A stretch of 35,084 nucleotides of DNA from Psammoneis japonica. Its lineage: Eukaryota. Under the pieces are notes generated by a model. That model had not been told where the DNA came from and ran no database searches. It saw only the letters and a list, made by a program, of their open reading frames with translations. The number at the start of each line of letters is the position of its first letter. Position 1 is the stretch's first letter. Of the stretch, positions 1 through 9,982 are shown one piece after another. The stretch spans positions 744,001-779,084 of the forward strand of contig QPGO01000022.1 of assembly GCA_008632985.1 (NCBI GenBank), in the 5' to 3' direction. Made by a program: the position numbers and the translations under genes.

Positions 1-1019
1 GCATTGTTGACAATCAAGCAAATCAGCCAAGTGGGAAACTGGGCTTGATGAAATCTGGTTTGACTGTGCAGGAGATGGATTTTGCACATCATGTTTGCAA
101 TGCAATCATTGTGAGTGTTGTTGTGTCAACAATTGAGCCAGTTGGCAAAACAGAAACAACAACAAATGACACATGTCACTTGTCAGTTGTTGATTTTAAC
201 AACAGTGCATGTGAACAAATTGCTGACATGGCTCAGAACAACCACACAAATCAATCTCATCCACTCTCTTTTTCATTGGCTGTGTGAGTTTTTAATGGTG
301 TGTCAACTGTTTCTCCTCTGCACACCTTCTTGTTGTGCCTGCTCCCTTGTCTTTGCTCTGTTGTTTCTTTTTGTTCTCCAAACTGTCTTTTGCTGTCCTG
401 CATGGCCTTGCATCTTCTTGATCTTGGGTGTGTTGGTGTTTGTGCTCCAATTGGTGTCATGCTCCTGTTTTTTTTCTTTTTCAACAAGAGTCAGTTTCAG
501 TGCATGTCATTTGTTGTGTGAGGGAGGCCAAAAAGCAATGCCTGCAAGAAGAAAGCACAGAAGTCTCAAGTTTTGCATGTTTGGTTGGCAACCATTTCAC
601 AATGATGTTGCTTTCACTCACCTTTGTGCAACATGACAGTGAGGTGTTTTCTGCACATGCAAGTCATTGTTGCAAGAACATCTCCGACTGTCAAGGATTG
701 GCAAAAAAATCAGTTTTTTGCACCATTCTGAAAGCTGCCTGTTTTTGCACTGCACTTCTGACTGCACGCCTTTCTCATCTCTTTTCTTCATTTGGATGTT
801 GTTCAGCACAGTCCCAGGCTGTTTTTGGGCTTTGTCAGTGCCTTCTTGCAACACTGTCATTGTGCACAGGATGCATCCTGTGTTTTGTGTGGCACCAGTG
901 ACAATGGTGTTTTTTGGCATGATGCCAAGCCAGTTGACCTTGTGATCATTGTCAGCATCATTTTGCAAGTGGCAATTTTGTCAAAAAGCCTTTCACTCAG
1001 TCTCACCCCCCCCATCTCA

Positions 1020-1233
1020 CTGCATGGCTTGCAAACACATTGTTGATGCTGTCAATCACTGCCACCATGTCAGCCAGGTGCAGAAGCTAAAAAGTGAGCA
1101 CAAGATTTGCAACTCAACAGGAGCTGCAAATGCAAACTTGTCACATTGTCCTCAATTGTCAGTGCATCTCCTTTTCACTGTGCAACTTTGTCTGTGTCTG
1201 TCCTGCAAAACCTTCCTCCAAGCCCAATGTTCC
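1020..1233. repeat. Diverged direct-repeat copy of the unit at 2752-2960
   Basis: tgcatggcttgcaaacac...gctgtcaa...ccaggtgcagaagctaaaaagtgag...tgcaaacttgtcacattgtc...cccaatgttcc aligns collinearly with 2752-2960 and 3080-3270. Confidence 0.8.
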
Positions 1234-1239
1234 TTCCCA

Positions 1240-2750
1240 CAAGCTTCAATTGATTGGTCTCATGTGCATCAAGCAAAGGAAAGTGACGCTTGGAATCCAT
1301 GCCACCTGACACCACCACATTGACCACTCCATTGATTCCTGTGGTCTGCATCATCCAACTCTGCCAACAATTGATCATTGTCAGGCCAACCCTTTCTCAC
1401 ATGCCCAACCTCATTGCATTTCCAACATCTTGTCTGCCTCTTCTTCTTGATCTGCACAAAACTTGCATCATCAGGTTTCTTGTTGGCCACACAGGCATCC
1501 AACACCTGCAGTGCCTCCTTGGCTGAATTGGGAAAAATGTCAACCCCAATGTGAGCTGCTGATGTGGATCTTTCAAGACATGCCAATGTTTCTCAGCACC
1601 TTCCATCAGCGCCACTGCTGACAACTTGTTTGTTTGTTTTTTGTCATGGGCATCATCAGCATCCTTGCTGATCCCATTTTTTGGCAATTTCTTCCAGGAT
1701 GATCCTGCCACAAGATGTTTCCACCACTTCAACCAAGCTCATCAACCAACCACAATGACATTGAAGTGCCTCTCTCTTTCACATTGATGAATGAAGACTG
1801 GCTGCTTCCAAGCCTTGACCACCTGGACATGTGGACTTGGGGTCGTCTTCTCATTTGCATCAAACAAAATTGACTCAAGAACATCCAGCAGCACCACCAC
1901 ATTCCTCACTCCTTTGCAACTCTTGTGAACTCTGTTGCTCTTTTTCAAGTTTATGATGAGAGGTCTATGTGCATTGCCTCGCAACAACTTCAAATGCCTT
2001 CACCTTTGGTGTCTTGCAGCAGATTGTGCTGTCTCCATTGTGCACACTCCATTTTGCACAGTGATCACACTCCTTGCCCCAGGTTGCCTTGTCCTCACTT
2101 TTCCAGTGTGGTGACTCCTCCCAACAGATGCACTGGCTTCTTTTGTTTGCTCTCTTGCCTCAGAGATGTCAGCACCTGCATCTCCAGCCCAAAACTTTTT
2201 TCCGACATGCTTGCTGATTTTCCTTGTCATTTCCATGTGACAATCTGCCTGTCATCCTGACTTGGCAATGGTGTCATGCACCCACTCTTTCAAATCTTTC
2301 TTGCTTCTACACTCAGCTCCTGTGTCCTTGCCCATGGATCTTTTCCAGGACATGTGTTTGGGCTTCACAGCTTGCCAGCAGTTGTTGCACACTCTGTCTC
2401 ACCAACCCCACAACACAACCTTGCTGCACCTTCCTTCAGCAGACCCTGAACAGCTTCTTGTTCAACAGCAAGGCCTTTCAGAGATCACTTTTTCACCCTT
2501 GTCTCCAGCTGGCTTGTTTGTTGCCATCTGCAGACACAAGGTGAACTTTTGGAGATTCCCATTGATTTCCCAGCCTTTTCCTTTGGACCAATTGCAACTT
2601 CCCAGCCCTTGTTGCTGGACTTCTCTTGACTTCCCAGCCTTCCAACAACATGCCACTCCTTTGAGTGTTGTGCCATGCCTTTTCAGCTTCTGTGCTGCAG
2701 TTTCATGGCTTGCCAACTGGCACACCTTTGGTCCCACTGGCCCCTGACTC
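1240..2750 (-). mobile_element. Degenerate LTR-retrotransposon gag relic (probably Ty1/copia, diatom CoDi-like)
   Basis: Minus strand ~1383-1427 encodes CWKCNEVGHVRKGWP, a decayed CX2CX4HX4C zinc knuckle. Upstream fragments (TRKISKHVGKKF..GADI, VVLLDVLESILF, KLSAVALMEGA) resemble diatom copia Gag as recalled, not searched. The frame is broken repeatedly. Confidence 0.6.
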
Positions 2751-2751
2751 A

Positions 2752-3388
2752 ATGCATGGCTTGTAAAACACACTGCCAATGCTGTCAACTGCTGTCATCA
2801 TGTTGACCAGGTGCAAAAGCTAAAAAGTGAGTGCAAGACCCACAACTCAATCTGAGCTGTGAATGCAAACTTGCCACATTGTCTGCAATTACCAGCACAT
2901 CTTTCTGCTCCAACTTTGCCTTTCTGTCCCACAAAAACTGCCTCTGACCCCAATGTTCCAACAGTGGCTGAGCATTGCAAGGTTGGTTTTGTGGGCTTGT
3001 GGCCCCCATGTCACATTGTGCAACCCAGCAACTGCAAGCTGAGACAAGCATTGTGGTTTCTGGCAGACCCCAGGCAATGCACTGCCAATGCTGTCAACTG
3101 CCATCACCATGTTGACCAGGTGCAAAAGCTGAAAAGTGAGTGCAAGACCCACAACTCAATCTGAGCTGTGAATGCAAACTTGCCACATTGTCTGCAATCA
3201 CCAGCACATCTTTCTGCTGCAACTTTGTCTTTCTGTCCCACAAAACCTGCCTCTGACCCCAATGTTCCAATGATGGCTGAGCATTGCAAGGTTGGTTTTT
3301 TGTGGGCTTGTGGCCCCCATGTCACATTGTGCAACCCAGCAACTGCAAGCTGAGAGCATTGTGGTTTCTGGCAGATCCCAGGCAATGC
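2752..3388. repeat. Tandem duplication, ~309-bp unit, 2 copies
   Basis: cactgccaatgctgtcaactgc at 2771 recurs at 3080. The copies are near-identical through ...ggcaatgc, and several differences are TA/TG/CA exchanges. Confidence 0.92.
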
Positions 3389-3389
3389 T

Positions 3390-5255
3390 TTAAAAGAGCT
3401 GTGGTTAGACATGACCATTGCAAGATTGATCTTGTGGCTTTGTGGCCCCATGTCACATTGTCTCCAACAGCAGTGGACACTTGAAAGAGTGCAAGGACCC
3501 CATGACAGTGTGCCGGCCAACCAGACAATTGTTTGCAGAGGGCATTGGTGTTCTTTGATGGACCTCAGGCCACACTTTGAGAACTGTGGTTGGGCTTGCA
3601 AGGTTGATCTTGAAGCTGTGTGGCCTGATGTCACCTTCCTTCTAGTGCCCAACAAGAGCAACATGAGAACTCCCAAACTCTAGAATGTGATGCCCTCACC
3701 GTGACTGTGCCAATCAACCAGACAACTGTCAGCAGAAGGCATTGGTGGTTGGTCACAGCACTTTGAGAACTGTGGTTTGGCATTGCAAGGTTGACCTTGA
3801 AGTGTTGTAGCCTGACATCACTTTGTGCCTGACAGCAGCAAACTTGAGAACTTCCAAACTCCAGAATGAAATGTCCCTGCAATGACAGTGCCAACCAACC
3901 TGAGAACTGCAAGCTGAGTGCATTGGCGGTCTTTGGTGCACCCCAGGTGACAGTTTGAGAGCTCTGGTTGGACTTTGCAAGATTGATCTTGTGTTTTCAC
4001 AGTGCCAGCCACATCATGTTGCTTGTCCCCCTGACAGCAGCAGCAAATTAACTTTCCCAACTCCAGAGTGCAGGAATCCATGGTGGTGCCAACAAACAAC
4101 CCAACAACTGCCAGCAAAGTGCATTGGCAGTGTTTGGCAGACCCGAGGTGACACTTCAAAAGGAGCTGTTGGTCAGCAGCCACTGCAAGGGCAATCTTTT
4201 TGTGCATTGTGGCCCTGTGTGAAAAGAGCAGCACACTTGAACTTGCAAACTCCCAAGCAAAACAACCCTGTGATGGTGCCAAGAAACCTGTCAACTGCCA
4301 GAAAAGTGCACTGGTGGTCTTTGGCAGACCCCAGGTGACACTTTGAGGGCTTCTTTTGTGGCATTGCAAGGTTGATCATGTGATGTTTTGGCCACATGTC
4401 ACATTGTCCACTCTGACAGAGAGCAGCGAACTTGACTTGCCCAACTCCAGAGTGCAGCAGTGATCCCATGGTGGCATCAACCAACCCAACATGAACTGCT
4501 GGCAGGGCTCGCCAATGGTTTTTGGCATGTCACAGGTGACACTTTCTTTAGAGCTGTGGTGGGGCATTGCAAGGTTGATCTTGTGGTGCTGGTGCAGCTC
4601 CAGTGGACCCCAGGTGACAGTTCGAGAACTGTGGTTGGACATTGCAAGACTGGTTTGGGGGCATTCTTGTGGCGCCATGTCACCTTGTCCCCAACAGGAG
4701 CAGTCTTGATTTTCCCACCTCCAGAGTGCAAGATCCTGCTGTGGTGCCAACCAACCCAACAACTGCCAGCAGAGGACATTGGCAGTGCTTGGTGGACCCC
4801 AGGCAACACTTTGAGAGCTGTGGCTGGGCATTGCAAGGTTGATTTTGGAGTGCTGTGGCCCCATGTCACCTTGTGCTCACAGCAGCAGACTCTTGAGAAC
4901 TTCCAAACTCAAAAATGAAATGGCTCCATGACAGTGCCAACCAACCTGACAACTTTCAGCAGAGGGTGTTGGTGGTGTTTGGTGGATGAGGGCCCCAGGC
5001 AACACTTCAAGAACTGTTGTTTGATGTTGCAAGATCAATCTTGTGGCATTGCAGCCCCATGTCACTTTGTCCCTGACAGCAGGAGCAAGCAGATTTGCTT
5101 GATGTTCCCAACTCCAGAGTGCAGAGACCCCATGATGGTGCCACAAATGACCAACCTGACAACTGCTTGGTGTGCAGGGCATTGAAGATCTCTGGTGGAC
5201 CCCAGGAGACACTTTGAGATCTGTGATTGAGCATTGCAAGGTTGATCTTGAAGCA
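3390..5255. repeat. Diverged satellite-like tandem array, ~180-208-bp unit, ~10 copies
   Basis: The core motif (c)attgcaaggttgatcttg recurs at ~3416, 3595, 3781, 3973, 4181, 4362, 4565, (4640), 4829, 5025 and 5232. Shared sub-motifs include ccccatgtcac, ccaactccagagtgcag, gtgccaaccaacc and gaccccaggtgacactttgagagctgtgg. Confidence 0.85.
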
Positions 5256-8017
5256 GAGACTGAACTTTTTCTAAACTCTTCAAGAGCAAAACAACCCATG
5301 ACAGCACCAAACCACCTGACAACACCAAGCATGAGGTGCCACCAACTGCTCAATTTTTCAAAGGTTGTTGCATTGCAGTTGTGTGTGTGTCATGCACTCC
5401 TGTCAATGGTGTGCCTGCAGCACATGCATTGTGCATCCCTTGCAATGACATGCATGTCATGTGCCTCATGCAGCTCATCCTGACAAAGAAGAAAGTTTGC
5501 CCATGATTGTTGGGTGACAAATCTGGTGTTGAGCTAAAAAATTGTGGACCTGTTGCACTGTGTGTGCTTCTTGTTCCAGAAAAGGAACCTGTGCATCTTT
5601 GCACACAGTGAGGCAATTTGCGCTGGCACCAAAACAAAGCTTGCCTTTCTCTCTGCTTTGTTGTGCACCCCCTGTTTTTTGCTCATGCATTTTCAATCAC
5701 TGCCCAAAATTCCAAGCAAAAATGTCTTAAATGCAACAACCATTTCCAAACATTCTTTCCAAATGAGGGCCAACTTGGTTGTTGGTTGTTGGCATGCATC
5801 CTTGCCATTCCCAAAGCAATGGTGCAGGTGCCTGGCTGAACCCAAGGACACAGTGGCAACATGCGCTGCTGTGCCATCAGCAGCAATGTCAAGCTCTGAC
5901 TCAACAAAGCAATGCAAAGACAGAAAATGATGCATCAACACACAACACCAAGGTGTTGCATGACATGTGGGAAGCATCACATGGGGCAACAATGCAGGAG
6001 ACAACCACGCAACTTGCTTTGATGCAGACAAGGATGCAGAAGCTTGTTGCATCTTTTTCACCCCCATGATCCACAATTCAAGCCCCCACCTCCACAGTTT
6101 TTTGCCAAATGAAGATGGGCATTTTGTCATTGTGTGTTTTTTGTCATGACTTTGAAGATGACAATGCTGTTGCAGCTCTTGTTGTTGCTGCACCAACATG
6201 ATTCTGTGTCAGGTGTTTTTGCAAAAGAAAATTGCAACTGTCCCACTGCTGAGTGAAATGATGTCCATTGAAATCTGTTCTGGTGAACAAACAGCCAAGG
6301 TGCCAATGGGAGATGGAGGCACATCATTGAGGCTGCACTGAAATTTTTTTGAAAATGTCAATGGAGCACATGTTTGTTGTTTTTGTTGTCAGATGTGCAA
6401 CCAGGGCACAGTGGGCTGTGACAGAGGGGTTCCATTTTGTCACTAAAACAATGGGTTGGCAGATGAATTGTGCAGTGTCCAACGAAACAAAGAGAAACAA
6501 ACCTGCCAGTGCAAATGCCCAAAAATGCAGGAAAAGGGTGACCAAATGGAAAGGTCTTTTAACCAAGTAAACAAATTCTCAACAGGGTCAAACTTTGCAA
6601 AATCAACAAGCATTGCACATTTGATGGCATTGCAGCCATCATCTGTGTGAGCATCAATTGTTGCAAAGAAAAATCCAGGTGTGCAGCTTCAAACAGACAA
6701 TCACAACAATGAAGCTGTTCACAATTCAAATGACAGAACAAAGCACAGTTGACATTTGCAAAAATTGTGCATCAGTGGAAATTGTGGTCACAAATGTAAA
6801 AGTTGCAATCATTGTCCATTTTTCTTGTTCTTGTTGAGCATGGAAACACACCACAGATGCAAAATGTGTCCAAAGCAAGACTCAGCAGAGTCAAGCAAGG
6901 CTTTGACAAAGTGCACAAAAGTGGCAAAAGGGCTGCTGGCTGGCAGCTGCTCAGTGGAGGCTTGGTTTTCTGGGCTGCATGGGCTCAATGATCTCAAAGA
7001 AGCTGCCACATTTTGCAAAGCATTGTCAAGGCAAATGACCCCACCTTGCACAGCTTTAAGATGTTTGTGGTTTGAACCATGCCACTCTCTGCTCAGCAGT
7101 GCTGCTCTAAATTCATGCTTTGGATGTGACACAGGATCTTCAGCATGAGCATGGAAAATCTGTGTTGCAAGCAAATCAATGTTCTTCACATGCATTGCAA
7201 GGTGCTGCAAGCAGCGCACATTCTTGCAACAAGTTGTGCTGCCACCACTGTGCACTTGGATCCTCTCAATCATGTCTCACAGCAAAGAGAAAGTGTGCAC
7301 CACTGTCAGGGGCTGTGCATTCATGGACAGGCCTTTGGACACAGAAGGGCATTTTTTTTTAAATGACAGCACCTCAGCGCAGTGGGGTCCTGCGCTGTGC
7401 TGTGGCATTGTGTGCAAACAACTGTGTGTTTGGGCCATGCCAGGCAGGTGTGCATGCTGTGTGCTGTGCAGAGTCTGTGTGGCATGATCACAGGAAAAAA
7501 GCAACCCTTGCCCCGCCAGTCCAAAGCCCCACTTGTGGATCCAATTTTGTCAGAGAACAGTGTGCTGAAAGAGCAGAGCTGAGAGCAAGGAGGAGTGAGC
7601 TGCACCAATGAGGCACAATGCACTCACCAGTCTCTCCTGACCCAAGTTTGACTTCAAAACAAAGGGAGGAACAAAACAGGAAATGTGTGTGCACCCCTGG
7701 GTCTCTGACTTTGGCTTTTTGACATCATGTCACACACTGAAAGCAAATGCCAAGCAGGAGCCAGGCCACAACAAGGTTCTGTGTGCTGCTTTGCTCCATG
7801 GTGCAGCTTTTTAGCTCATGTTGCACTCACATGTCCTGCAACAAAAGGTGGAGGAAAGTTGCTGAACATGGAGCACATCTCACAGGGGAAGGTGCTGCAC
7901 ACTTGCAAGCTTTGACCTGCATCAGGCAAAAAAGAAAGCACCAAGCAAAAAGCATGCTGCAATGAGATGCAGTGCAGCAGCAAGTTTCTCTCCATGTTGT
8001 GTGCTGGTGCAAGAAGA

Positions 8018-8019
<2 letters not shown>

Positions 8020-8076
<57 letters not shown>
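8020..8076 (+). repeat. Poly-G tract (~57 G)
   Basis: Uninterrupted G run read directly. The length may be unreliable in the assembly. Confidence 0.9.
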
Positions 8077-8077
<1 letters not shown>

Positions 8078-8729
8078 GCTGCCTGGGTGTGGAAAATGTA
8101 AGAAGATGCTGCTGACTGGGAATGGCATGACAACCCACGTGCTGTGCATTTTTAGCTCTGTTTTATGCCACACTAAAAGGAGGCACTGAGCAGGAAGTGG
8201 ACCTCAAAATGAGGTGCTATGCACTTTGGTTCTGAGTCATGTGCAACCAGCAGAGAAGATCGACGAAGCTGGACATCTGCTCTCCCAAAAGCCCACAAGC
8301 AAAACGAGAAATTCCTTTTTGCGTGGACATCCAAAGTCACTTGTGTGCAACACGGACGCATGAACTTAAGTGGTTGATGCACTGCAGGTTGGCCATGATT
8401 TGATCAAAATGTCTAACATTTTTTCATCACCTCCCACGCATTCCGTCGCAGCAGTCGCCGGGTGTTAGAAATGAGCCACGGCCTCAACAGAAGACATGTC
8501 GTGATGTAAAATGTCCTCGGAACGGATTAATGATGCGCTTTCACATGGCAGAGCTGCGGTGATATGATCATCGTCCCTTCCTCTGGACAGAGATTCTTGA
8601 CGTTTACTTTGAAAAAGCCGAAACGTGAGCTCATCTAGGTATGGTTTACGTGATTCGTACGATTGACTGGTTCGAGGTAGTACCGGTACTGTATGATGCT
8701 TTCGTGTTTCTACGAGATCGTTCTTCAAT

Positions 8730-9509
8730 CTACTGCAGCATCTCAAACGACCCACTACTGGATGACCACCGACAAACTAGAGTCACTCGAAATTCTGCCA
8801 AGGCGATGCCAAAGTGCACCAAGAGCTTGCATTGTTCCGCGGATAATGTCGCACCCTCCTTACAAAGCAAATGTTGCGTCTTTCCACCGACGAGTACAAG
8901 TCTTCCATTTTGAACTTCCACGGGTAATCCTAGTTTTCGAAACTGATCCACCATGGAGACCGGGTGGGACCCTACTAATTCCTGAGAAATAATGACTTGT
9001 CGAGGAGAAATCGAACCAGCTCTGGCAAAATCTTGTTGGACCATGTTTTCAAAGTATGTCTCCACTTCCTCACATGGCAGTGACGTCGAAAGCAATCCAA
9101 CACTACCAGTTACCAGCTTTGAGACTCTCCTTAGGTTTTCTCCGTATTCTTCTTCCGGTGTTCTTCCGAGGGCAATCTGTAATAGTTTATTCTTTCCTAG
9201 GAATATTCTTGATTCTTTCCCCTCCATGTCTGGCTTGCGAAAATGCATGCGAATATCCTTGAACTTGTTGCTTCTCATATTTTCGTACGAGAATAGATAC
9301 AACGTATCATGTTGATCAATAGCATCGCGCACATCTTGAATGACTGATGCCTTGTGCTCTTTCGTCTTCTTTGACGTTTGCGTCAAGGACACTACACAAA
9401 ATGTGATGAAACACGACAAATATTAGCGTTTGCGGAAGAATGAGTCTGATCTTTGAAGGATGACTTTCAGTTTGCACCTACCGACTTTGACTCGTTTAGA
9501 CCTCGGCAT
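8730..9509 (-). CDS. MRT4: mRNA turnover protein 4 / 60S ribosome assembly factor Mrt4 (uL10 family); exons 9509-9482 and 9391-8730
   Basis: The spliced N-terminus [18 protein letters not shown] is the typical Mrt4 start. Other motifs are [40 protein letters not shown] and LSAEQCKLL. Intron 9481-9392 (GTAGGT...TAG, 90 nt) restores the frame. Confidence 0.95.
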
Positions 9510-9763
9510 GGTTTGGCAGCACAAAGTTCCGACAATGTGTTGCAACACGTACCGGTAGTATAGTAGTTGAATGATGATGATATCACAAGCTTTGAATCGG
9601 CGGCAAGTTTTGGTTTCCGAAAACGCAAAAAATGGGTGGAGATGAGAATGGGCACGTGTGAGGGACGGACAAATTGGCGCGCGATCTTTCAAAAATAAAA
9701 TCCTTTTTTCGTGACTGAATATCTTTTTATTCAAAAATGTTACCTTGGCCTCACGATGACGCC

Positions 9764-9865
9764 GAACAAGACAATGATGAGGTATGAGGTTATCTGTGAG
9801 ACGGAAGGCGTCTGCGTAGCAACACTAAAAGTAAAAGATACAGACATCATAACTGATTCTTGTTC
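9764..9865 (+). ncRNA. Candidate box C/D snoRNA
   Basis: Box C ATGATGA at 9774-9780 and box D CTGA at 9853-9856 are closed by a perfect 8-bp terminal stem (gaacaaga 9764-9771 / tcttgttc 9858-9865) with canonical spacing. There is an internal hairpin agacg-gaagg-cgtct. No target was identified. Confidence 0.55.
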
Positions 9866-9982
9866 TCACCTTGCTAACTCATAGGGCTATGTCACAGCGA
9901 ACGATTTTGAGACCACTCACGCCTCACTCCTGACACCCGACACCACAAGGTCCGACACAGATCAAATTCCGATACAGATACG

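Larger units (their letters stand above)
1..8260. other. Hypermutated repeat/heterochromatin-like domain depleted of both CpG and TpA (left flank)
   Basis: The first CG occurs at ~686. By eye there are only about 30 TA dinucleotides in ~8.2 kb, where several hundred would be expected. TG/CA are very abundant. ORF-track peptides are C/H/W/M/Q-rich and almost lack Tyr. CG-rich sequence resumes abruptly at ~8261 (cgacga). Confidence 0.9.

Noticed and set aside
2960..5255. Regularly spaced cattgcaaggttgatcttg motif resembling a CRISPR array
   Set aside because: The intervening sequences are homologous to each other and ~170 bp long, the context is eukaryotic and there are no cas genes. It is a tandem satellite.
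5693..7273. Possible hAT transposase remnants (VTKWNPS, LLPHVML on the minus strand)
   Set aside because: The motif matches are too short and degenerate to support a family call.
7816..8189. Poly-Pro/poly-Gly ORFs
   Set aside because: Translations of the poly-G tract.
1..8260. Fungal-type RIP as the explanation for the flanks
   Set aside because: RIP depletes CpA and enriches TpA; the reverse is seen here.
45..8382. Dense overlapping ORFs in all six frames in the left flank
   Set aside because: By-product of TpA loss, which removes TAA/TAG stops. The peptides are C/H/W-rich, nearly Tyr-free and show no domain apart from the gag relic.
9570..9718. Second C/D-like pair (ATGATGA ~9571, CTGA ~9715)
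   Set aside because: No terminal stem, long spacing, and it overlaps the MRT4 5' region on the opposite strand.
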